Shown: positions 42,601 through 54,600 of the stretch, one piece after another
Layout of the letters: each line of letters starts with the position of its first letter
Numbering within the stretch: position 1 is the first letter of the stretch
From: Tubulanus polymorphus
Taxonomy: Eukaryota > Animalia > Nemertea
DNA length: 64,000 bases
Direction: 5' to 3'
NCBI RefSeq assembly: GCF_964204645.1
Contig: NC_134028.1
Coordinates: forward strand, 11,579,263 to 11,643,262
Notes under the pieces: generated by a model
Database searches by the model: none
What the model saw: the letters and a program-made list of their open reading frames with translations, nothing else
Told to the model about the DNA's origin: nothing
Made by a program: the position numbers and the translations under genes

Positions 42601-45600
42601 TGTAGCTATTATGGGCTACACTTGGTCCTTTAAATTGCTTACTGCTGAGCAATGGAGTTCTACTTCACTCATATAGGTACACACTTCTCACCTGGCCATT
42701 CACCCGCCTACTCTCACACCGTATGTTTTAGTGAATTCTTGTACATTATCTCAAATTTACTGGTTATTGTTATTCTGGACATATATAAGAACATTATCTC
42801 GGATAAAGTTTCGGAGCTAGTTCACTATACATCATTTCATAAAAGGGGGATTTTTATAATAAGATAAGCTTTAAGCAAACGATTATAATGCGGATTGTAG
42901 AGGTGTGCCCCTATGCCGCACATTCTATTTTGTTTCGGTAAAGTTCCCATGAAATATGCCCACTTATGTGCCATTAGTTGCCTTGTAGTGTCATTACGAA
43001 TTTTGTAAGGCTTTTCATTCGTGCGGAATAATTTAGAAAATAATGCTCTTTTATCACTCTTATCTTTAATCAGAGCGTTTGGCAGACAACGAGCCCCACC
43101 CCATGCAGGGCATTATTAGCAGGTTTGATATTTCTTTTTCCCAATGGGGGAGACCAGAGAAGAACCTCGACCAAGTAACTCTGTCGTCACCAGGGTTAGA
43201 ACCCATAAACCCTGGATCAGTGAGAGCAGTGACCAGTGCCTTAACCCACTCGGCCACTGCGCATCACTCTCTTAGTCCACAGGAACCTAGCGCAGCTGGT
43301 GAAAGAAAACCAGCTTCTATGGGATGTAGTGTCTAATAAGGCTCAGATTGACCATGCTTGATTACTTTCTGTACAAGACCGCTTAATTAAAGCAGATATC
43401 TGAACCACGTAGTTACTGAAAATCTGTTGATTAGGTATCATGAAACACTTGGGATTTTCCCTTGAATTTTCTGAGGAGAACACTACATTGTTAAATTTCC
43501 GACTGCCAACGGGATAGCTCATTTGCTGTTGATTTTCATGCATTACAAGTTTGTGTTATTTTGTAGTAAAAAGTAAAGGCTTCATAATATGATGTAAGAT
43601 TTGATGAGGTGGGCCACCAAAATCGTGTTATTTTTGGCCCCCTGAAATTCATCCAAACTAACTTGGATTTGAAGTGAGCGCTCAAATCTGTCACATTCTT
43701 ATTCCAAATACTCGAGATTTGAAACAGGAAGATGTTGATTTCTGTACCATATTTTGAGGACTTGAGTGTCTAGTTTATCATAAGCAATTGTGTTTGAATC
43801 CCACTATAATCGTTTTTGTGCAGCATACAAAAAAAGTGTCAGGGTGGATTCAGGTGGCTTAAGAGTAATAGGCAGTGCGGATACGAGTAACTTGAGTGCT
43901 AATGGGCTCATTATTGGGAAGTGACCTTTTTTAGAAACAAGAAAACGCAGTAGGCTTTCTATTTTTTAGGACATGGGTTCCATAACCTGTGCTTTCGAAT
44001 GAGAGAATTCCTTAATCTGGAACTCAAAGCTGAATTTACGCACTTGTGATTGGCAAAAGTGCCTCTTACAATTTACCAAAATGTTCAGTTGAAGTTTGAC
44101 TTGAATCCTATAGTCAGGTTAAGGTCAGAGATTTACATGCCGTCCAAACCAGCCCTTGTGGTAGGTATGTGGATATGCTCAGGGAAAAAATAAGGATTTT
44201 CCCCGAGTAAAATTTGTAGTGCCGGGTGCCTCCAGAAACCTGACAGGAGGGACGGAAATTGCTGAATTTATCAGATATCAAGACTAAAGGTTAAAACCTA
44301 TTTAAAAAAAAAAAATATTTTCCCCAAAAAACCTTTAACAACCTACTAATGAGAACTGTTGAAACTTAAAATGGCCGCCAATTATTGCATCGCCCTCGAT
44401 TGATCAAAAGCTTCTAATATGTTTAACCATTAGCAATCAAGCCGCCCATATCCGCCCTGCCTATTACTCCTCAATCCGCCCGAATCCGCCCGGGTACTTT
44501 TTTCGAATGCTGCACAAAAATGGTTATAGTGGGATTCGAACCCAATAGCTTATGATACTCTACACACCTAAGTCCTCAAAATACCAACCAGAAATCAATA
44601 TCCTGGTATATCAATTTCTCGAGTATTTCGAGTGTGAACATGACACATCTGAGCGCTCACTTCAAATCCAAGTAAGTGTGGATGTATTTCGGGGGGGCCA
44701 AAAGGACACAATTTTGGTGGCCCATCTCAACAAATCATACATCATATGAAAGCCTTGACTGTTCACTACAAAATAAAACTAACTTGTAATGCATCGAACA
44801 GCAAATAAGCTATTGGGTATCGTGATGAACTTAGATTTTACCTTGAATTTTCTGAGGAGTAATTGACACTACATAGCGCAAATCCTGAGTGCTAATGGGT
44901 TAAGATCCCTTCCCAAAGTATATCCATCACAAATTCCAATGAAAAGTGATGAATCATTCGAACGTAACAAGTCTCAGAATTCAGGGCAAAAATGACCTTT
45001 TTGGGCTCAAAAAGGGTAACAGCATGGCCATCTTGTGTCTGGTCGACCCATTTTTCTCATGCTTATGTACCATAGGGGATACAAACATACGTGAAAGATC
45101 AAGATGATTGATTAAAGGGTCTTCAAAATCTCCCTCAAAAAGTCCAAAAATGTGTAAACAATTTTTTACTCTGTTTATTTCATCACAGCGGCAACGTAAA
45201 ACGTTTGTATACACACATTTGTGCCACACGTCTGCTAATACTTCTGTAGAGGCGTATACACACGCATCAGCAGTGAGTCGCATGTCTAAGTTTATTAAAG
45301 GCTCAAAAAAGTTTCAGTGTCAAAATTATCTTCGCCTAAAAAATAATGAATGATAAATATCTCTGCGAAGTTGAACCATGAGCTGTATTGAGCACCGCAT
45401 GATCAATACATGGTACTGGGTTATCTAAGTGACTTACTAGCCGCGTCATCATTACAACATGCTATACTTAAGATTCTGAATGATTTGTTTATAATATATA
45501 CATAGAAGGATAAGTTTAAGTGGTAAAACAGTGAATATTTCAAATGAACAATTGGTATCTGCAGGGATATGAGAACATACATCCAGTATCGCTAGCCAAT

Positions 45601-48600
45601 ATTCAATCTATAAATTTTCAGAATATTTCCATTGGCAATCGGAATGCGGTTTTTGATATAATAATCTGTCACTATTCCAGATAAATTGTAAGGGTTGGAG
45701 GTTCTGCAAGTGGGCTCAAAATCATCAAAATCAGGTGATATTATTTATTACTCAGGGATGATAGCAGACTATCATTAACTAGCAAGAATCTTTCTCTGTG
45801 GTCGGGTAAGCAACAATTTCGATCGAAGACTCTCAGTGACACTAACGAACTATACCATTCAACACAAGGCCACTGCCAAGAGAGAATGAAACTTGTCCGC
45901 CGATAGAAGCTCATAGTTGCCACGAAAATCCGTAGCTACTCTGTTGCGGAATCGTCTCATCAACACACCTAAACATCATATTGCAGTGCAATTGTGACGT
46001 CAACAAGACGATACCCACACAGAGGTAGGATCATAGCGATCTAACCGCATCGAAGCATGTTTTCGATCGAAATCTAGCAATTTGATTGGGAAAATAGCAG
46101 CACTATAATTGAAAAAAGTGAATAAACCACCTCCCACTGTCTGATGATTTAAAAGCTTTGACTTCACATAGAACTATTTCCGCCTTATCACAGGTGCACT
46201 CTGCCGTCGTGATTCGCCCATTCAACGATAAAAACTTTCCCACGGTCTTACTATCAGCATTTTCTAATAATTAAGGGAAATATTTTTAAAAAGCGAAATT
46301 TCACACTGCATTAATAAGATTAAAGTATTTATTCGTTGGACAAATCTTCCTCTGAAATCCCACCAACAAGTTATAAGTGGCGACACGAAAATGACGTCAT
46401 CAACTCGCTACCATCTTATAAGAAGTTCCAAAGAGAAACTAAGCCTCGTTTCTAAGTAGAAAGTTTCATATGCGATAACAAAATGGACTTCGCTAAAGCG
46501 AAAGTCCATAAAAAATTGATCAACAGTTGCAGCCTCCAGGCTGTTTTCCCCTGGTGGCCATAATTTGAACCGCATCAACTTATTCTTTAAAAGGATGCTG
46601 CCCTAAATTTTAAGAAAATTGGTCGACAATGCGGCCTCAGGAGTGTTAAAGTCGTTTATCATGTCGGCCTACTAGTGTCCATAATGTGAACTGCATCAAC
46701 CCAATTTTCATAAGGTTCTGTCTAAAGGGATACCCTAGTCGTGTGCCAAGTTAAACTAGGGGTCCAGGGACACCATGCCCACATGGGAAGTGGTTTCAAA
46801 TGCTCAACAATCTAACAATTTCAATATTCAACGCCTCCTTGTGACCATATACAAAAACCAATAATCTTGAAACTCACCATAATCATAGAACATGTCAGCG
46901 AATGTCCCTAGTGGGCTAAAAAAAATGGTTACCCATTGCGGCCTCTAGTTTTTTATGCCGACCCCCTGGTGGCCATAATTTGAATTGAAGGAACCTGATT
47001 TTGAAAAGAGATCTGCCATATGTGATTCCCTAGTTGTGTACCAAGTTTGAAAACCAGTCAACCATTGCAGCCTCTAGGCCATTGTTTTTCATATCGGCCC
47101 CCTGTAGCCAACATTTGAATCAATTCGACCCATTTTAAATAGGGTTCTGGCCTAGAGTTATACCCTAATTGTGTACTCAGTTTGAAAAAGATTAGTCAAT
47201 TGGGGCCTCTATGTCATTTTTTCATGTGACCCTCTGGTGGCCATAATTTGAGTGGAATCAACCAAATTTTTAAATAGGGTACTGCTCCAAGTGATGCCTT
47301 TGTTGTGTACCAAGTACCCTCTCAACTTCAGTTGAGCCGGGGGGCAAAAAAATTTAATTTGCCATAAAAATTGATTTAGCATGTCCATTACATATCAATT
47401 TTTGTCAGCACTCCCTACAGAAAAAATAAATTGCCCATGGGCAAAGTGTGGTTTACCTTGAAAGCTAGAGGTTGAGTAAGGTGATTGCTTGAAAAATCTT
47501 TTTAATTCGTGACTTCAAAGTTCTACAAGTTTATATCGTATTTTATCTTTCTTAAAGAATTATTTTGTAGTCAAATAAGACAAAGATAAATATTTGTTTA
47601 TGGTCTTCGTCCAAAATTTTGTAGGGTACAGGTAGGCGCAGCAGGGAAACTATTTTATATTTTCAAAAAAATATTTTTCACAATATGAAAAAATATTCAA
47701 ATAAAATTAATATGATGTCACATATCCAAGGGTGGCTGAGTATCGAGTCTTGGAAACGAAACCTCTTCCAATGTATGGCGGTGGAAGCTAAAACACCGGG
47801 GCGTAGTATTAAATCGTTTGAAATCCTGGAATTTACCACTACAATATTCAGACCTCGACCTATAACTATAGTTTGCTGCTTAGTATTTTCAGGTCACAAG
47901 AAATTACAATTTATTACTAATTCTATCAAACCGAAAACAGCGCTCATCTGCTACGACGCTTATTCAGCCTGTTATCATACCAAACGTGCACGTGCCAAGC
48001 AGCGTTACAGCATCGCCATATAGTAGTCTGTATGACCATGTGTTTGTGAGTGCAACAGTCTAATGTTTAGCACTCCCGTCCCGCGCACGTGGAGGCCTTG
48101 TGTAGTGAACGCTCGCTTCACTTTAATCTGAATCAACACAATCACCGGGTATTAAAATGAAACAATACCTAGGGCAATATGTGAAATAATTGTCAACAGC
48201 AATGAGCATTTAAAATTCGCACATTTACGGCACCTAGTCCAATAAAACTGTTGCCGGGCTGTTTATTCGGCAGTATATTTAATAGCCTCCGTTCAGTGCT
48301 GCCACCTTCATGGGTCTGTATATAGTTTGAAGTTTTGGCGGGAACAGTGTTAGTTTGTTGGCGGTCGCCTTTCAGGCAATCACTCTGTGAAATATATGTT
48401 TATGTAATTTACACTTTCCCGCAGGTAAGAAAGCTTTGTATGATTCTGATTTTATTATTTATGTGTAATATTTATCGGTTAGTTTGTTGGCGGTCGACTT
48501 TGAGGCAACCATTCTGTAATATATATGTTTATGTATGTAATTTACACTGTTCCTGCAGTGGTTGGTGGAGTGAACCTCGCACAGACGAGGCATTAAAAGG

Positions 48601-51600
48601 ATCGACAAGAAAGCCCCGTCATATTTGGCACTACACCGGTAGGTGGAAGATACATGGATCTACAATTTGCGTTAGGAAAGCGCGGGAACGTCTAGGGCGG
48701 TTAATTAAATTTAATCGCGTAATGTTAAATTGGGATCTGGAGTTTTGGAATTCGGTGCAGTTTGAAATTGGAAAATATTATTTCTTTCGCTGCGGTTGGA
48801 TCGTCGAACAACGGAGCGGAGATCGAGTCGTCGTCGTTGACATTGACACGGTTACAATAGGATCGCTTGGTCGCACGGTGTATTTTGTTGTGCTTCTTGT
48901 GCCATGTTGGCTGATATTTGCGAACACAATTCAGTCAGTGTGAAATAAAATAGTCCTTTTCTGACTCTTTTGTCAGGTCGTTGGAGCAGTGCGCATTCGT
49001 CGTGACAGGTGAAAACTCTTAAATTCTGCTTATTACTATAAGTTTAAGTTTAGCCTTATTCAGTAGATTTCCAATTCTAAGCTGGGTTACAATGTGATTT
49101 TAATTTATTTTGCTTTTTGTTCGCTCGATTGTGGAAGTTGCAAAGCGGTGGCTGAATGCTTATTTTTGTGCTAGAAAGCTAGGAAACTGAGCGTTAATTG
49201 CTCGTTCATTCGTCTATTTATAATTCATTCATTTATTTATTCATTATTTTTTTTAGTTATTATTTCACTGTTGATTATTCTTCAGTAAATCGGGTTTTTT
49301 TTCTTCTTTCTGTGTTTCATTTGTGTCTTTTCTTCTTTCTGTGTTTTTTGTTTCATTTTTTTTTTTTTTTTTGCTTGCTTATTTGTTGTTATTGAGTGTT
49401 TTGATTGTTCGCATTGATTTTTGCACATGCATCTTGTGATCAAAGACAAGTTTCTATTTTGCTTTTCTTTTGTATGCATGTAAACTGAGCAATCAGTTAT
49501 TCAGTGTATTAATTTTATGTTTAATTGTTCTGGGTACTGGACACAGGTTGTTTTGGTTGTATGTTACGTACTAGTATTATTTACGTGGTGTTGTTGCTTA
49601 TGCAGTATTTGAAAATGGCATTTCTCGAGAAGGTAGATATTATTTCGGGGATAAGGTCTCATTATAAGGCAAATGATACAAGGGTAGCTTTCCAGAGTTT
49701 TCCCGTGGTAGCTGTCCACGGCTCAGCGGTGGAGGGGTTTTATGTGCTTTTTCCTTACGGATGCGTGGCGAGCTAAGCGAAGGCATTTTTCAATTCTCAA
49801 GCGCAAAGTACCAACCTTGAGCAAGGTGGAGCTCTGTGTGCGGCTTTTGCAAAAAGAGAACAAGAAAAGTTTCTTTTTCATGTTTTTAATGGGGGAGAAG
49901 ATGGGGAACTACGTCAGGTGAAGGTTGAGGAAAGCGAAAATAAACCTGATTTTAGAAATGACGTGTCTTTTAACACGGTTTATAAAGCTTTTGGAGAATT
50001 GGACGAGGAGGACCAGCAGGGTCTAGTTCATGAGCTGATTAGCAGGAGAAAGTCCTCCCAACCTTGAAACCTTCGAAGTTCTACTCCAGTTAACCCTATC
50101 CGAAGCGCCCGAAAGCGCCCGTGACGATAGACGTCCAAAGCGCTCGTAAGCGTCCGTAGCATCACGGGTCTTTTCCGACATCATCACCACCCGCAAAATC
50201 CGTAGAAATTTATTACAGCCGGTACATAACAACTCAATTTTGTCTAAGGAATTCATTTCCGGTTTTAAAAATATACATTACTATTCAAATTTTCGAGTAA
50301 AATTATGATGTTGTGAGGTACTTTTGGCGATTTTGAACAATTCTTCAAGTAAATTTAGACAATTTTGTTAGTTTATTCAATCACTAGAATGGACAGTGAT
50401 ACTGAAGTGAGTGATTTATCTGAACATTCCGGAGAATCAGACGGTGATTTTGAACCCGGAAATCAATCGGGTACTGATGCTGAGGATGCTGAAGATAATC
50501 CGGAGGATAGTGATGCTGAATCGGATATAAATTATGATTCCGCAAATGATTCTGAATCTGATCATAACCCCAATGATTCAGATGACAGTGATTTAGACCC
50601 CAATGATGAAACTCCAAGATTAGATTTAATTCTAAATCAAATAAACATAACTTGTAATGCATGATTTTTAACGGTTTTTGCTGTAGATGGCTTTTACTGC
50701 GACCACTAACTGTTAGGCTTGCACACTCTAATTCGGCTGGACTTCTGGGATATGATTTTAGCTCACCGAGTGGCATTTAAAGGGTTAAGCAGCCGCTTCC
50801 CGGTTTGTCTTTTAATTTACAGCCCCAACGGGTCGAGAAAACTTTCGCGTTTCAAGCGCCCAGGTTAGGTACTTTTTCTGGCGAAAGTGTCTCCAAAGGA
50901 GACCTTACCTTTAGGCAGTGGAAGCTTGAGGTTCAAGCGCTGCTACGAGAAGATAGTTATGGTCAAGGTTCGATTCTTCAAGCCATGCGCAGACCCCTCA
51001 CTCAGAGGGGATGCTGCGGCTGTTCTGTTTAATTGTGGTCCGAAAGCGGATGCATCCACCATTCTAGAGGGGATGACTCTTGTTTTAGGGGAAGTCTTTT
51101 CGTTAGAGGAAGGCTTAGCCCAGTTTTATATGATGTCACAGAAGGCGGAGGAGTCAGTTGCTCAGTGGTCTTGTAGGCTTGAGGATTTAGATCTAACAGG
51201 AGCGGGCGATGTCGGTTCCAACATACTCCGTGGTCAGTTTAGGCGTGGTCTCCATAATGAGATGGTGCGCATGGGAACACGCTTTCTCTTTCATTCAAAC
51301 GCGACCTATTATGAGATCGTAAGAGGCTAGGATGATTGAAGGGGAAATGGAACGGAGTGATTTCAAATCTGCGGAGCCTCCGAAAAAGCTTATGAAATCT
51401 CAAGTGTCTTCTAAAGACACACCTGGTCCCTACGGGGATCCCGCCTCCTTGTGGGAAAGGCGCTTTGATCAGGTTATGAAGCGAATGGCCGCTATTGAGG
51501 CTAAATTGGAGAACCGTCCTAGGTTGTGGGTCCCTCCTCAAAGACCTCCCTTGAGGAGTCAGGTCGGGCAGCGCTACGGAGGAGCTTCTTCGTTTGGGTT

Positions 51601-54600
51601 TCGTCCAAGGCAGCCCACACCTTCGCAGCGGACGTGTTTTTCCTGCGGTGGCGTTGGGCATATCTGTCGTGTATGTCCGAGCAGGAACATGGATAGCCGG
51701 CCTTTGTCAACCGGTAACGGTAGTTCGGGTGAGAGATGGTCCCTCTAATAGAGACGGTCTCTCTGAAAATAATAGCTCGTATGACCCAAAAGAGAAAGAA
51801 TCCGTTTCGAGGGGCGGAAGCGTGACACGTCGCTATTAGGGAACAGCCCTCAAACGAATATATCTTATCGCATCGTTGGTAGAGCCAATATCTTGACAGT
51901 TTCATTGGATGGGGTACCTTGCTACGCTCTATCCATGCGATTTCTCTAAAAACCAGATCCTGAGATTTTGCTTACTTTATTTTGAAAAAAAAATTTTTTC
52001 AAAAAATATTGGGTTCTCAAACTTCTAGACGGTCTAATACGCTTCCCTACACTAAAATATGATGATTCAGCTTGTTTCTGATGATCTAGCTATTCTGGGG
52101 TCGTTAGGGGCCCCCAAAATGTCAAAAAAAATTTGACCTACTTTCGGGTCATTCGGGTACCCCTACCCCTAACTGCAGCTTCATATTCTCTCTATATATC
52201 TTCATTATATCCACTGCGTCATGTATAGACACCGTATACCAGCCGCTGTGGCTATTTATAAAGCTTTCAATTTTGCCCTACTTTGTTTACACAACTTGAC
52301 CTCAGTTCACCGTTATTGATTTTCGTGACCTACATAGATTTAATTCATACACCCGCCAGCGAACTCGAACAAAAACAAGTCCCTGGGGTTGCCAGGACTA
52401 CCAGGCATACATACAAGCCGTATAAGCTTTATACATTGCCATTTAGGCAGTAAGGGGATAAGTAGGTCAAACACCTGTGACGTGGCGCCACACCGCGATA
52501 AAACAAAGCGTTCTGGAGACTGTGTCGTCCGGTCACAGTTAGCACAGATAGAGTTAATTGACAGTGGGTCACAAGTGTCCATGGTTTTGAGGAAGTTTGT
52601 CGAGGTCTACTTGCCCGAAGTCCCTGTGCAGCCAGTAGTTGATTTTCTTTAGGTAACGACCACGGATGGTGGGGTTTTGCCATATTCTGGTTATGTCATT
52701 GCTCGGTTGCAAGCAGCTGATTTGGATATGGAAATCCCAATGCTTGTTGTTGAGAGTACCGACTACCATGAGAAGGTACCTGCTTTGATCGGCACCAATG
52801 TGCTGGACCGAGTCAAGGATTTTTCGACCTTGTCGCCGGCCTGGGCTGCAGCGAAAGCTATACATTGTAACATTTCCGAGTTGGTTAAATTGGCAATCTC
52901 CGTGCCAGCCGGGGCTGAAATTATCATACATGGGTTGGCTTGGATTAAAGGGCCAGCGTAATACCTGAGGCTAAATCGAAATCAAAGATCTGCAGTGGTT
53001 GTGGCGATTTATTTTCGCAGTGAGCGATCTCGACATGGGACTTACGAGTTTCATAGAACATAAGATTAACATGATCCTACTCCTGTCCATCAGGAGTATC
53101 GGAGGATTCCTCCAGCGATAGTTAATGAAGTTAGGGAACATCTGCGCATGATGTTGGGAGCAGGTGTGATACGCCCGTCCAACAGTGCCTTTGCGTCTCC
53201 TATAGTTCTTGTTCGGAAATAAACTGGAGAACTTAGGTTCTGTATAGACTACCGTGAGTTAAACAAGAGAACAATTCCTGACAGGTATAGCCTCCCTAGG
53301 ATCGACGAGCAGCTGGGTGGACTAGCTGGATCCACTTACTTCTCATGCCTTGATCTCAAGAGCAGTTATTGGCAAGAAAGTATGGCACCGGAGCATCGTG
53401 AACGTACAGCTTTTACTGTTGGTCCGGGGTTCGGATACTTTGAATACAATGTAATGCCTTTTGGGTTAACGGGAGCCACGTTCCAACGTCATATGGAGAA
53501 TTGTTTAGGCAAATTAAACCTCCAAGAATGTCTTGTTTATATTAACGATATAATTGTTTTCAGTGACACCATTGATGAGCATATCGTGCGTCTGTCTGAC
53601 GTGTTTAGGAAGCTTCAACAGGCGGGGCTCAAGTTGAAGCCCTCAAAGTGTACTTTTTTTCGTGAGAAAGTTTTGTACCTGGGACATATCGTGTCAGCGG
53701 CTGGTATTGAACCCGACCCCAAGAAAACTCAGGCTATCCGAGACTGGGTTGTTCCCCCAACTGTTGCGGAACTCCGTAGCTTCTTAGGATTTGCCTCGTA
53801 TCATTGTCGCTTCGTGAAGGATTTTCAGCTATTGCAAAACTTCTAAATGATCTTCAGAAGGGGTTATCTAAATCTCGTAGCAACGGGAAGATTCCTTGGA
53901 ATGACGTCCAACAGCAGGCTTTTGACCAAGTTAAGTCAGCACTTTCTGAGGCTCCAGTTTTGGCTTACACTGATTATAAACTTCCGTCTGAGCTTCATAC
54001 GGACGCTTCTCTTAATGGGCTTGGTGCATGTTTGTACCAACGCCAGGAAGGAAATCTGAGACCAATCGCTGTTGCTAGTCGCGGTTTAAAAGATGCAGAG
54101 TGAAATTATCCTGTACATAAACTTGAATTCCTCCACGAGTGGGCTTTCAGTGAGGTATCTATGATTATTTGTACGGCAACGAGCGCGTCGCTAAGACTGA
54201 CAGCAACCCATTAACATATGTTCTTTCTTCGGCGTAATTGGATGCTATGAGTCACAGGTGGCACCAAGCTCTGTCCATTTGCAATTTGTCGCTCGAGTAT
54301 TAGTCCGGAAAGTGCAACATTGATGCGTATTGAGTCATCAAGTTCACGTTTCACCGTTAGTGGTGGATGCTTCGTGTCATTCAGCGGTAGCTACGCCCAC
54401 TTGGTTGATGACAATCTTGATCAACCCGTGAACGGCCTGGGTTTTGCTCGGCGTGATCTCATGGCGGCTCAAGAAGCTGATACTGATATCCACCGTATTG
54501 TCAAGCAGATCAAGTCGGTTGGTCGTTACGTGCCGTCTTCTCGGTTGGATCGGAAATGGCAGAAATATAACTACGCTATGAATGAAGGATTGTTATGTCG

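Noticed and set aside
43190-43262. tRNA gene
   Set aside because: The A/B boxes continue into a non-tRNA body with a candidate TSD, which fits a SINE head.
48335-48943. 202-aa ORF
   Set aside because: It spans the LTR, PBS and leader, has no recognisable domain and starts with a non-ATG codon.
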